Notes: generated by a model from the letters alone, not told the origin. A stretch of 63,018 bases of DNA, filler included, from Aduncisulcus paluster (GCA_024181965.1; 7 parts of 7 records of this genome joined end to end with filler, not necessarily neighbours in it); one strand, 5' to 3'; numbered from the whole stretch's first letter, positions 1-11,686 are shown. Program-made: numbers and translations.

Positions 1-1964
1 GCAGAAGGGAAAGCACACACAGCGAGTGCAAAGATAGGTTTGGCATTCATAGCATACACATCACTCAGAGCATTGGAAGCAGCAATGCGTCCAAAATCAA
101 CAGGATCATCAACAACGGGAGTGAAGAAATCAACTGTACTGACTAGCACTCTACCATCACCGATATCATACACACAGGCGTCATCAGCATTGTTCGTACC
201 AACAAGAAGAGCAGGATCATAAAATGGGGCAATTGAGCGAAGAGCACGTTCAAGGGCTTGTGGACGGAGTTTACAGGCGCATCCTTGACCACTTGTATAA
301 GCAGTAAGTTGCACTGAAGCATATTCAGGGAATAATGGACATCCAGACATGGAGGCAGATTCAGTCTCTTGAACGGTTTTAGTCTGCACAGATAATACTT
401 CTTCTTCTTCCTTTTCCTGTATTACTTCAACAGGGGTATCTGCCAATTGAGAATCATCTATTTTTAGCCAAATTCCTTCAGTTCCAATTTCATACCACTT
501 TTCACATGCTTCTACTAACATTTTACCAATTCTTTCTCCTAAAATACCACGGATTTCTCTTCCAAATAGTTGCCCACCTTCAATACATTCAGAACAAGAC
601 ACACCACATCCATTTGAAACACGAATAGTACCCATCGCATACTCAATGGGGCAATGAATGGCCTGCAAAGTATCAGAAATTTCTACGATGTCACTGTGAC
701 ACGCAGCTCCAGCACTCACAGATAAGGTTTTAGCTAAAGCGGCAGTAAGGGTATTTGCCTCGACTTGACAAAGGGAAATAGACAAAGTATTCGGAAGGAA
801 TGGACAAGATGATTGTAAAACATCACATGGAACTCTGATGGGCGAAGAATCATCCTTGGAGGCTGATCTGATAGAATCACATAATTTGTTTATACATTTC
901 ATAAATAATCCATGATGGAGTAAATAAGAAAGTATACCATTCAATTTAAACGCCTTCGAATGAAGTCTGATTTGAGATTGAACATATTTTTCAACAATGG
1001 GAATAGAGTCTGTCGATATTTCCATAACAGAATCTCCATTAAGATGACATAACATTGAATATAGAAAAGAAAGAGTACAAATAGCACTATCCATAACACG
1101 TGCTTCCATTTCTTCAATGGCCACAGCGGCAGCCTCCCCGAGAGCAATGATGGAGAGAACATTCTCAGTCCCTGGACGTAATCCATCTTCTTGGGCGGCA
1201 CCATGAATAACATTGTACTTTCTCACAATATCCTTGGCTCTGTCATTAGCACAGATCAAGCACCCGATTCCTTTCGGTGCATACAATTTGTGTCCAGCAA
1301 GGGTGAGAAAATCAACTCCGAGAGATGTAACAGACACAGGAACTTTCCCAATAGCCTGTGCAGCATCACAATGTAAGAAAGGAGTGAAAAAAGATTGGTT
1401 GGTTTGTGACCACGCAAGGACAGTCTCACATATCTTGTGAATGGGAGAAATAGTTCCAATTTCATTATTAGCTAACATAATACTTACACAAGCAACCGGA
1501 ATAGAATTTTTATCGAGTTCATGCTTAACCAAATCGGGAGTAACCTGGCCAAATTTGTTGACTGGCACAAAATGGAATTCAGCATTCATTTCTTCAATAA
1601 ATGGTTTCAATTCTTTGATTGCAGGATGTTCCATTTCAGAAATCAGAACCCTAACATGTGGTTTTTCAGACGAAGAGGAGGAAGATTCCAAATGATTCTG
1701 CAGACATTTTATACTGGCGATAATAGCAGCATTGTCGGCTTCAGTTCCACCACTATTGAAAACAACATTGGTGACATGGGTGTCCAAAAGCTTGCATAAA
1801 TTCCTCCTTGCCTTTGATATAGCCCGTTTACCAGCAACTCCTTCTTTATGAACCGAAGATGGATTGCCGAAGAGGCCAGTAAAATATCCATCTCCAATGG
1901 CATTTTTCATAATAGTTGCAACTCTAGGATGCAAAGGAGTTGTTCCATTATAATCCAAATACAT
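1..1964 (-). CDS. selD: NifS/selenocysteine lyase-like PLP enzyme fused to selenophosphate synthetase (SelD/SPS); 3' end runs off the window
   Basis: Hand-translated and stop-free from ATG 1964 to the window edge. NifS motifs: MYLDYNGTTP, GNPSSVH, FNSGGTEADN, EHPAI, MLANNEIG, HCDAAQAIGK, AGHKLYAPKG (PLP Lys 1287-1289), QEDGLRPGTEN, SAGAACHS (Cys 699-701). After an acidic linker come SelD motifs: LTAYTSGQGCACK, DDACVY, STVDFFTPVVDDPVDFGRIAASNALSDVYAMNAKP. Confidence 0.93.
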   Translation of the reverse strand, partial: MYLDYNGTTPLHPRVATIMKNAIGDGYFTGLFGNPSSVHKEGVAGKRAISKARRNLCKLLDTHVTNVVFNSGGTEADNAAIIASIKCLQNHLESSSSSSEKPHVRVLISEMEHPAIKELKPFIEEMNAEFHFVPVNKFGQVTPDLVKHELDKNSIPVACVSIMLANNEIGTISPIHKICETVLAWSQTNQSFFTPFLHCDAAQAIGKVPVSVTSLGVDFLTLAGHKLYAPKGIGCLICANDRAKDIVRKYNVIHGAAQEDGLRPGTENVLSIIALGEAAAVAIEEMEARVMDSAICTLSFLYSMLCHLNGDSVMEISTDSIPIVEKYVQSQIRLHSKAFKLNGILSYLLHHGLFMKCINKLCDSIRSASKDDSSPIRVPCDVLQSSCPFLPNTLSISLCQVEANTLTAALAKTLSVSAGAACHSDIVEISDTLQAIHCPIEYAMGTIRVSNGCGVSCSECIEGGQLFGREIRGILGERIGKMLVEACEKWYEIGTEGIWLKIDDSQLADTPVEVIQEKEEEEVLSVQTKTVQETESASMSGCPLFPEYASVQLTAYTSGQGCACKLRPQALERALRSIAPFYDPALLVGTNNADDACVYDIGDGRVLVSTVDFFTPVVDDPVDFGRIAASNALSDVYAMNAKPIFALAVCAFPS

Positions 1965-2162
1965 TATTTTATGACAAAATTGAGTTTTGGTTTTTCGAAG
2001 CCAAAATCTCTTTAATAGTGCAATATGTATTTTTTATTCTTAGTAAAATTTAATGATAAAGTTATTAACATATTTTATTGGAAAAATAGAATAACAATAC
2101 AGGAGATACACTACCGAAAAAACAAAATCGAGCGATTGTGGGATTTGATGACGTAATCAATT

Positions 2163-3309
2163 ATGTTAATTGATAAGACTAAATTAGTTATTGATTTAAA
2201 TGATATTGTATGTTCAACTATTGTCTTATTTTGATCCCTTTGTGTTTTTTTTTCATCTGATTTTTTTTTTCCAGTATATTCGAGCTGGTTGGGTTGGAGA
2301 GAAGAAAGAATCTTTCATTGTAAAAAACATCGTTGGGATATCAGATCTTGGGCATCCCCCAATATTTGGCGACGAATGTTATTCTACTGAAGATATTCAA
2401 ATTTTCCATCCAATTGAGTCTTCCAATGTTAATTCCTGGGAAAAACTCATGCTTATTCTTGACTTTGTTTTTAATTCCTTTGGAATTCATAATCGTCAAG
2501 ATGGTGTTTCCTCTACCGTCTCCCATGTTCTCATTTTAGTTCCTTATTCTTTCCCATTGTCGTCTCAATCCTCTCTCACAAGCAAAATATTAAAGAAATA
2601 TAATATTGGTAAAGCATTTACATATTCTTGTATGGAATTTGTTGCCCTTGCGCTTGGGTTAGAGACGGCTCTCATTGTAGCAATCTATAAATCAGAAACC
2701 CATGTTCTCCCAATTTTAAATGCATTTTCGCTCATTGATAATGCGAAATCATGTGATAAAGGATCACAGTGTATCATTGAATCATTTCATAAACTTTGCA
2801 AGTGCGATCGATCAAAAATACCTGAAATTCTTCGAAAGGTTGGATTTGTGAGTACAAATATCAAAAGAGATAAAAAATTGGCACAAGAAACATCAATATT
2901 CCGTTGTAAACTCCCTCTAACAGATGGAAAGACGGATTTGATGATAGAATCTGAGCGCTTTATGTGTTTCGAAGAGTTGCTTGCAACGAAGCAAAAAACT
3001 AAAGTTCTTGCAGAAAATGCAAGATGTACTTCAGTTCCTCAGTGTATCTATGAAAGTGTAGAATCAATTGCCTCAATTGCTAGGATTCCTATGTACAAAA
3101 GTATTATTATCATTGGTGATATTGTACACACATATATGGGGATTTTGGAAAGGATTCGTTACGAAGTTGATGATTTGGGGCATGTAAAAAAGGGTAAACG
3201 AATTGATCTACGATTTATTGATAATCCATATGGACAATCTATTATTTTTATAGGAGGTTGTAAGGCCTGCCTTCATAAGGCATTTTTGGATAAATTTTCG
3301 GCGAAATAA
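2163..3309 (+). CDS. Divergent actin-related protein (Arp2-like); join(2163..2207,2275..3309)
   Basis: Exon 1 MLIDKTKLVIDLNDI, then a 67-nt GTATGT..TTCCAG intron (2208-2274), joins in frame to YIRAGWVGE. Segments KLAQETS..LTDG..ERFMCFEELL and RFIDNPYGQSIIFIGG resemble Arp2. Confidence 0.7.
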
Positions 3310-3321
3310 ATTTTTATGGTT

Positions 3322-4075
3322 GTATTATACTATAATATTCATAAATAATGTTCTTTTCGATGCCCCCCAAATCTTCCAATCCCGGATTGTTTTTGGGCCA
3401 AAAATTGACAAGTTGTTTTGGATACACCGTTTTGAATCCAGCAGTATCAGGATAATTTCAAATTTCCTTACATTTGATTGCCAATTTAATCAAGAGTTTT
3501 TTTTTAAATCTTTACAAATCGTTTACGATCCATTCTTGCAAAATGTTAGTAAGAGGTACCAACTGAAATTGATGATAATTTTGTGGGCAATTTTTTTTTA
3601 AAGATTTGAATCAAATTGGTCTCATAAGTTATTTCAATGTCGAATACTGACGAATCATTGTTTTGTCATTGTTTCTCTTGTTGCCTTGGNNNNNNNNNNN
3701 NNNNNNNNNGTATTATACTATAATATTCATAAATAATGTTCTTTTCGATGCCCCCCAAATCTTCCAATCCCGGATTGTTTTTGGGCCAAAAATTGACAAG
3801 TTGTTTTTGATACACCGTTTTGAATCCAGCAGTATCAGGATAATTTCAAATTTCCTTACATTTGATTGCCAATTTAATCAAGAGTTTTTTTTTAAATCTT
3901 TACAAATCGTTTACGATCCATTCTTGCAAAATGTTAGTAAGAGGTACCAACTGAAATTGATGATAATTTTGTGGGCAATTTTTTTTAAAGATTTGAATCA
4001 AATTGGTCTCATAAGTTATTTCAATGTCGAATACTGACGAATCATTGTTTTGTCATTGTTTCTCTTGTTGCCTTG
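3322..4075. repeat. ~370-bp near-identical direct duplication either side of a 20-N gap (unmerged scaffold overlap)
   Basis: 3322-3689 is repeated from 3710 onward, with the gap at 3690-3709. Confidence 0.85.
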
Positions 4076-6027
4076 GAAATGCTTCTTCTCCAAAAAAGAA
4101 AAAGAAAGAATGGCAAGTAATTAGTGAAAAAACTCCATTTATAAGTACCAAAAAAGATGAATCAACTTCTCATTCTATATTTGACACTCGTTTGCTCTCT
4201 TCACAGAGCGATTCAATCTCCTCGTCTTCTGTTTCCCAAGAATATCACACTGATACTATGCTCCATTTATTTCAAAACAATGAATCTGTTTTTATGATAA
4301 AACAAGTGATGAAAAAAAACAAGATTTCTTTAATACGGATTATGGGAGAAGAGCTTGACGAATATGGCCGAAATATTGTTTTTTACTGCGTCGCAAATCG
4401 ATATCTTCATCTTTTAAAATATTTATTTCGGATGGGGGCAGAGTTTCATTCAATGAAAGATTGTTTCTCCCATTCATTGCTTCATCTAGCTGCCTTCTTA
4501 AATCATTCTGATTTAATTAAGTACCTCCATCACTGTGGTTGTGATATAAATGGAATAGATTGTGATCATCACACCCCTCTTCATCTTGCTGCAATCACAG
4601 ATTCAGTTGAATCCGTAAGAGTTCTGATTCAATGTGGTGCAAAAGTTGATAAATTTTCGGTTCAGAATATGACTCCTATTATGATTGCTGCCAAATATAA
4701 TTCAGTTGCTGTTTTGAGGGAATTTATCAAATTATGTGATCGATCATTGTTAGTTTCAACCTCCGATGTCAAAACAGCATTAATGGTTGGAATCGAGGCC
4801 AAACATGAATTTATTGTTAATAGTTTGCTTCTTACTGGTGTATGTCCAATGCAAAAATTATCAAATGGATGGAGTACAATTCATAGTGCTGCTTTGAGTG
4901 GGTCGATTTCCTTGTATAGAAATTTGAAGGCTGCATTTTCGAGAGCAAAAGTTGTTTTTGATGTAAATTGTTTATGTCAACGGATGAAAGAATCAAAATT
5001 TCCTAACTTACATGTATTTTCTTCTCAAAATAGCGAATCCAAAATATCCACGAAGAGCATTGATTATAGGTTTGTTTGTAATCTAGTTTTTGGTGTAATT
5101 GAAAGATCTCTTGGCGAAGACCCCAGCGAAAAATGTGAGGAAATTCCATCTAAATTATCAAACAAAGAAATACGGAGTGTTTTTTCATGGAAATTGGCCG
5201 ATTCTTATGTTTCGATTTACTTTTCAAATCATCCCTTATCTTGTCTATCATATCGCCATTCTCAGAAGACCAGTGAAAGTTCGATTATTCCACAACATAG
5301 TAGTGTATATGACCGAGATTTTTGTCTTCATATTGCATGTAGACATAACTATACAAGGCTTATATTTGACATTCTTGAAGATATTGCCAATGATCGCATT
5401 TCCACAGGTTCAATGTGCATTAATCTTACTGATTATCAAGGAATGAGACCTCTCTTTTATGCTATCTTTCATGGAAATGAAGAGGTTGTTGAGAAACTAA
5501 TCCAATATGGTGCTGATGTAAATTTGTCTCAAAATGGGATTTTCCCTTTACATTTTGCAATAGCAGCTCAAAATGATCGAATTGTTAGGATTTTGTTAGT
5601 TCATAAAGCTAATATTTCTTCTATTGTGGTAACTAAATCTGGAATTAGACTTTCCCCATTAAATGTAGCCACTTTATTGATGAATCGACCGATCATATTT
5701 ATGATAGAAAAAGCTATTGAGCGATCTCGATTAAAATATGATCATAAGGAAGATATTATAATTGGCTCATTACTCTCGAAGCCATCATATAAACATCAAA
5801 AACACCAAAAAATTGAATATGAAACCCAATCTTCTGATACCCAAGAATTTGTTGAAACCCTCTCTTCTGAGCATCACCATCCAACAGTGAGCATTGGAAC
5901 TGTATTTGAGGACAAGGATGGTGAAGCTGAGACACTTAGTTTGAGTGAATCGGTTGAAATCCTCAGTATTGAGAGTGTCAAAAGTTCTCATTACAAAACC
6001 ACAAGTAATATTGACGCTGGCATCTAG
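4024..6027 (+). CDS. Ankyrin-repeat protein with Cys-rich N-terminus
   Basis: Repeats such as HTPLHLAA, MTPIMIAA, GMRPLFYAI..GADVN and FPLHFAI. N-terminal CHCFSCC followed by a polybasic stretch (possible palmitoylation signal). Confidence 0.9.
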   Translation: MSNTDESLFCHCFSCCLGNASSPKKKKKEWQVISEKTPFISTKKDESTSHSIFDTRLLSSQSDSISSSSVSQEYHTDTMLHLFQNNESVFMIKQVMKKNKISLIRIMGEELDEYGRNIVFYCVANRYLHLLKYLFRMGAEFHSMKDCFSHSLLHLAAFLNHSDLIKYLHHCGCDINGIDCDHHTPLHLAAITDSVESVRVLIQCGAKVDKFSVQNMTPIMIAAKYNSVAVLREFIKLCDRSLLVSTSDVKTALMVGIEAKHEFIVNSLLLTGVCPMQKLSNGWSTIHSAALSGSISLYRNLKAAFSRAKVVFDVNCLCQRMKESKFPNLHVFSSQNSESKISTKSIDYRFVCNLVFGVIERSLGEDPSEKCEEIPSKLSNKEIRSVFSWKLADSYVSIYFSNHPLSCLSYRHSQKTSESSIIPQHSSVYDRDFCLHIACRHNYTRLIFDILEDIANDRISTGSMCINLTDYQGMRPLFYAIFHGNEEVVEKLIQYGADVNLSQNGIFPLHFAIAAQNDRIVRILLVHKANISSIVVTKSGIRLSPLNVATLLMNRPIIFMIEKAIERSRLKYDHKEDIIIGSLLSKPSYKHQKHQKIEYETQSSDTQEFVETLSSEHHHPTVSIGTVFEDKDGEAETLSLSESVEILSIESVKSSHYKTTSNIDAGI

Positions 6028-6154
6028 ATGTGAGGATGAATAATCATTTGAATCTGAGGATCTTTAGTGAAGTCCAAATATCTAAAAATAGACATCCTAA
6101 AAATAGCATCCACAATAAAATGAACAGAATCAGACGATACACTGTCAATGTAAA

Positions 6155-9100
6155 TCACAGATACTCTTGAGATTTTAACTCAAGGTTTTCGATCTTCTTT
6201 TTCTCGCCACCCTTTTCTTTTTGTTTTGAACCAATCATACGAATAATAACATTTTGTTGTTTTATCAAGGCAATTTGAGTCAATAGTGGGACAGGTTCCG
6301 CCGACAAAAATGAAGAGAAAGATTCTAGTTTATCATCAAGCTCGGAAGTATGAAATAACTTTTGAGGAATGCAACAACTTGGCATCTGTGGAAGATAACC
6401 AGTAGATTTAGAAGAAGCAGAAAGCAAAGAATCATCTGAGGATATAATAGGAGAGGAAGATCCACAGAAAGCTCCAATAACAGAATCCATCTTTCTTAAA
6501 AAATTTTTCATCAGTACTTCTTCCTCTTTCCTCTTCTCTTTCCTCGGAACCTTTGATTTCTTTTTTGAAAATGTAATATTGTATTCTGCGAGTTGATTGA
6601 AGGTCGTTTTCAAATCAAAGTCAGAATCACAGGCATCTCCATAAAATTCGTAGGAATATGAAGTATGCTTTGATGCTTTTTTAAGTTTAAGATTTTTAAC
6701 CAAAAGATTCGCCACCGTGGGCTTAAATATTTGTTTTGCCCCCATTCCAAGGACAAAGGATGTTTTGAGTCCATCATGAGCAGTTTGTGCATAAAAATTA
6801 TCGATAAGATGTTTTTCCTTTTCTCTTTCCTTTTCTCTTTCTTGTCCAATTTTTTCCGATTTTTTCACCCTTTTCCTCTTCTCTTTCCTCGGAACCTTTG
6901 ATTTCTTTTTTGAAAATGTAATATTGTATTCTGCGAGTTGATTGAAGGTCGTTTTCAAATCAAAGTCAGAATCACAGGCATCTCCATAAAATTCGTAGGA
7001 ATATGAAGTATGCTTTGATGCTTTTTTAAGTTTAAGATTTTTAACCAAAAGATTCGCCACCGTGGGCTTAAATATTTGTTTTGCCCCCATTCCAAGGACA
7101 AAGGATGTTTTGAGTCCATCATGAGCAGTTTGTGCATAAAAATTATCGATAAGATGTTTTTCCTTTTCTCTTTCCTTTTCTCTTCAGAATCCATCTTTCT
7201 TAAAAAATTTTTCATCAGTACTTCTTCCTCTTTCCTCTTCTCTTTCCTCGGAACCTTTGATTTCTTTTTTGAAAATGTAATATTGTATTCTGCGAGTTGA
7301 TTGAAGGTCGTTTTCAAATCAAAGTCAGAATCACAGGCATCTCCATAAAATTCGTAGGAATATGAAGTATGCTTTGATGCTTTTTTAAGTTTAAGATTTT
7401 TAACCAAAAGATTCGCCACCGTGGGCTTAAATATTTGTTTTGCCCCCATTCCAAGGACAAAGGATGTTTTGAGTCCATCATGAGCAGTTTGTGCATAAAA
7501 ATTATCGATAAGATGTTTTTCCTTTTCTCTTTCCTTTTCTCTGAATCCATCTTTCTTAAAAAATTTTTCATCAGTACTTCTTCCTCTTTCCTCTTCTCTT
7601 TCCTCGGAACCTTTGATTTCTTTTTTGAAAATGTAATATTGTATTCTGCGAGTTGATTGAAGGTCGTTTTCAAATCAAAGTCAGAATCACAGGCATCTCC
7701 ATAAAATTCGTAGGAATATGAAGTATGCTTTGATGCTTTTTTAAGTTTAAGATTTTTAACCAAAAGATTCGCCACCGTGGGCTTAAATATTTGTTTTGCC
7801 CCCATTCCAAGGACAAAGGATGTTTTGAGTCCATCATGAGCAGTTTGTGCATAAAAATTATCGATAAGATGTTTTTCCTCTTCTCTTTCCTCGGAACCTT
7901 TGATTTCTTTTTTGAAAATGTAATATTGTATTCTGCGAGTTGATTGAAGGTCGTTTTCAAATCAAAGTCAGAATCACAGGCATCTCCATAAAATTCGTAG
8001 GAATATGAAGTATGCTTTGATGCTTTTTTAAGTTTAAGATTTTTAACCAAAAGATTCGCCACCGTGGGCTTAAATATTTGTTTTGCCCCCATTCCAAGGA
8101 CAAAGGATGTTTTGAGTCCATCATGAGCAGTTTGTGCATAAAAATTATCGATAAGATGTTTTTCCTTTTCTCTTTCCTTTTCTCTTTCTTGTCCAATTTT
8201 TTCCGATTTTTTCACCCTTTTCCTCTTCCCATCACCGATCACCTCACCATTCAAATCATTCCCTTCTCCCCCCAAAGACTTAGCTTGTGCCTTCCTCGCC
8301 CTTTTCTTTTTCAGTCTATCCCTTTCACAACTGTATCCAAACATCGAGAGTCGAACACTCTCCCTGAACACAAGAGACAGGGGATGCTGAGACGCCAGAG
8401 GGAAAGGCGGAAAGGAAGAAAGAGGAAGAAGAGGCAAAGGAATGTGAGGAATGGACGAGAGAATGGAATTTAAAGACGAAATCCACATTGGATGTTGACT
8501 TGAAATATTACCCATAGTTTCTTGGTTAAAAATAAATGGAAGAAGAGGAACAAATTCACGAGAAAGGGCAACGGTAGAACCACGATTTCCTCTTGGACCT
8601 TTCCAATCAGACGCAGTATTTATGAGGTTTTGCTGAAAAACATATCTATCAACATTTCTGTGTCTCTCCACAACTTTTCTCTGAGAATACAATTGCTTTG
8701 AAACCATCAATTTTGGGGAAATCAAACTCTCATTTGTGTGTGAATATTCTTTTCTTATCCATTTTTGAGAAACAATGCCATTATATGACGAAAGATGAAA
8801 TATATCAATACCCAAGGCACCCAATGAAATAGTACACGCTCCACCGGAGACAATGCCTCGGCCTGAATTTTGTTGAATCATAATTGGATGAACATCTTCA
8901 ATTCCACTTGCAGTCGACTGACAAGAAGATACGTGAGGTTGTTGGAGATTGAAATGAACCCCCCCATAGTGTCTCCTGTGAAGAATTGAATCCCTTTCAC
9001 TCTTTCGCACAGTGACTTCATGAATATCATGCAATTCATCCTCAGATAGTGGCACAAGCTCATCAATTTGCTGCGAGGATACAGGGCCACATGGTGTGAT

Positions 9101-10597
9101 GAAGGCATCATCACCATACTTATCTAAGCATTTTGATGAGAGCTCAATCAATTCAGTTTTGTGGTCATTCCATAACGATAAATAAAGAAATCCATTTAAA
9201 CTATCATCTTTGGGGGAGTACTCATTGAGTCCACAATCACCAATATACTCCGTTTGGACATCATTGCTATTGTGGGGATTAACATTGCATCCCTTAACAT
9301 GAGAAAGACATCGAACACATGAGACAGGGTATCGCATGTTTCGTTCATCAAATATTCGAAGATATCCACCAGATATTACTCCCATTAAAGGTGCGGATTG
9401 ACAGGGAAACTTAATTGGAACAATATCATCCACACTCACACATGGCAGAAGACAATGAGGGAATAAATGGGTCTTATCGCAGCGAGGATCGATAAGAAAT
9501 GCACCACAACTGCCATGAAAGGTGTCAGAAATAGACATCCCCTCAGTCAAAGGAGAGGAAGATACCATTAATGGGGAAAAGCACCAGCAACATTGCATAC
9601 TTCCCTGATAACTGTGAAATAAACGAGCTTTCCCCCTGGATAAATCCGTCTCTGGAATGTTATAAGATTCAGAACAACGTAATCCATCGGACATACAGCC
9701 AAGGTAACTCAATTGACATTCATGGGAAAAGGTTGAGTTCCCGTCATTCTTTTCCCTTGATACACTAAATGCTCCATCGTGTACACAAGTTATACCACGT
9801 TCCCGAAGAATTCCATGATGTGGGCGTCCATTGAGCATGACACATCCGAGAGAACCAGAAAATGATACATCCCCTGATACAGAAGGAATATCCAAATAAT
9901 CATATTCTTCTTCAACAGAATAATCCTTTGTTTCGTCACAATATTCATTGCTATAACGATATTGCAACGAAATAACTTCGACTTCACCAAGACGACCCAT
10001 CGCCAAAACACGGTGATGAGACAAGGAAGAAGTATCATAGGTATCATTTAAACATTCATCATCAAACAAATTTACGCGATGAAATATATGTTCGTCACTT
10101 TCCTGATTGAGATAAACAATATCTTCCAAATTCATGGAATGATCAAAAGATCGAAGAATAGAACAATTTGAAGTTTTAGGATCATATTTTAGAGACGTGA
10201 TTTTAATTTTATCATTCTTTTCACCACGAACGGAAAGCAGATATTGTTTATCAGCATTACAATCACATTCTCCAAAATCACGTCGATATAAGGAATATGG
10301 ATTGGGTAAAGAAATTATTTTTCGTCGAGGTAAGGCGCAATTATCCCCCGAACGACCAGATAACCTCCAAATAGGAAGTTTGTGATAAGTAGGTAGGATA
10401 TCTGGCTTTAATATTGGAATTAGAGGGGAAAATGGCTGATAACAATGGAATTTATGTTTTAATTTTGATATATATGAATAATATGGAAAAAAACTATCGA
10501 TATAATCACATTTTCTTGAAACATCGTGTATGGAATTCTTAGATGATATATATTCAACACCTCCAAAATTAATAGGAGATATACAATGCAAATCCAT
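6155..10597 (-). CDS. Large hypothetical protein interrupted by a 5-copy internal tandem repeat; weak TAF1C/Rrn6-like resemblance
   Basis: First ATG at 10597 (MDLHCISP). ORFs 7670..10651 and 6155..7090 share a frame and become one gene if 1347 nt of repeat are collapsed. LRIFDERNMRYPV recalls the TAF1C DER..P motif (weak). Confidence 0.5.
6531..8229. repeat. Five tandem copies of a ~290-360-bp coding segment
   Basis: CTCTTCTCTTTCCTCGGAACC starts at 6531, 6876, 7235, 7591 and 7878 (spacings 345, 359, 356, 287). The cores look identical. Confidence 0.92.
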
Positions 10598-10737
10598 CCT
10601 ATTATAATTCCTCCATCGACCAAAACCACCCCAAAACAAAAAACACTGCAATGAGTACTACTCAATGCAATAATTTTTATTAATCGCAATAAAATATTAT
10701 GAAACCGCTGAAATACAGTGAAATAGTATAGAACAAT

Positions 10738-11594
10738 TTACTTGTGATCTGGAATCCATTGTAATTTCATCCTTCTCAATTTCTCAAGCATTTCAAGGGG
10801 GGTCTTCTCTCTTTTTGGTTTTTTCTCTCCATCTTCATCTTCTTCCTCCTCTTCCTCCTCTTCCTCCTCGTCTTCTTCAGTCTTCTCCTTTGGAGGATGC
10901 AATTCAATAAATTCTCCCTTTTGTTCGAGATCTCCAAATTTAAAGGTTCCCTCGCCCCATGGTTGATTCATTCTAAACGATCCCTTATAAATACCTCCAT
11001 CAGGATATCTAATTTCACCCTCAATGAAGCGTCCCAATTCCCATATACCATGGAATGAAACCCTAGACTGTTTATACGTGTACATTCCAGTTCCAGATTG
11101 TAGACCTTCTTTCCATTCGCCATAATAAAAATCTTTGTTTGGAAATATCATTTTACCAGCCCCATGTCTTTTTCCTTTCACCCAAGTTCCTCCATAGACA
11201 GCTCCATTGTTATACTTCATTGTACCCTCTCCATCACGAAGTCCATCAACATAATCCCCTTCATACTCACATCCAGAAGCAAACCATTTGTATTTTCCCT
11301 TTCCTGTTCTTTTACCATCTTGGTATTCACCTTCATATACATCTTTGTTAGCAAATACCATTTTACCGGTTCCATGGCGCTCCCCAAGCTTATTTCTACC
11401 ACCTGTATATGTCTATATAACAAAATATTAGTAAAACATAATCAAAATAACTAATTGCACAGTAATATGCCATTGAACCTAAAAAAATACAATATTTCAT
11501 ATTACATTCAAAATTCAAAACACAAGTAATTAATTTAACATACACCAATATCAGGAACTTCAATTAATTGAGCTTGTTCTTCTTCTTCACTCAT
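10738..11594 (-). CDS. RSPH1: MORN-repeat radial spoke head protein (RSPH1/RSP10-like); complement(join(10738..11412,11544..11594))
   Basis: Exon 1 MSEEEEQAQLIEVPDIG, then a 131-nt GTATGT..TACTAAT..TATAG intron, gives DIG-TYTGGRNKLGERHG, matching the RSPH1 start. Multiple YEGxxxDGxRxGxG MORN repeats and an acidic tail follow. Confidence 0.85.
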
Positions 11595-11686
11595 TTTTGT
11601 GGTCAAAATCGATTTTTGTTCCCACAAACTTTTCAACTTTCAATCCATTTCTGAAAATTTGTTTAACGTGAATAATTTGATCAATA

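Noticed and set aside
40-1903. Short track ORFs over 40-1903
   Set aside because: Shadow ORFs of the NifS-SelD gene.
3320-4037. Duplicated 93/124-aa ORFs
   Set aside because: TTG-start ORFs in intergenic DNA duplicated around a 20-N gap; scaffold overlap artefact.
6531-8229. Repeat array as CRISPR-like
   Set aside because: Units are ~300-bp coding duplicates with no unique spacers; eukaryotic context and no cas genes.
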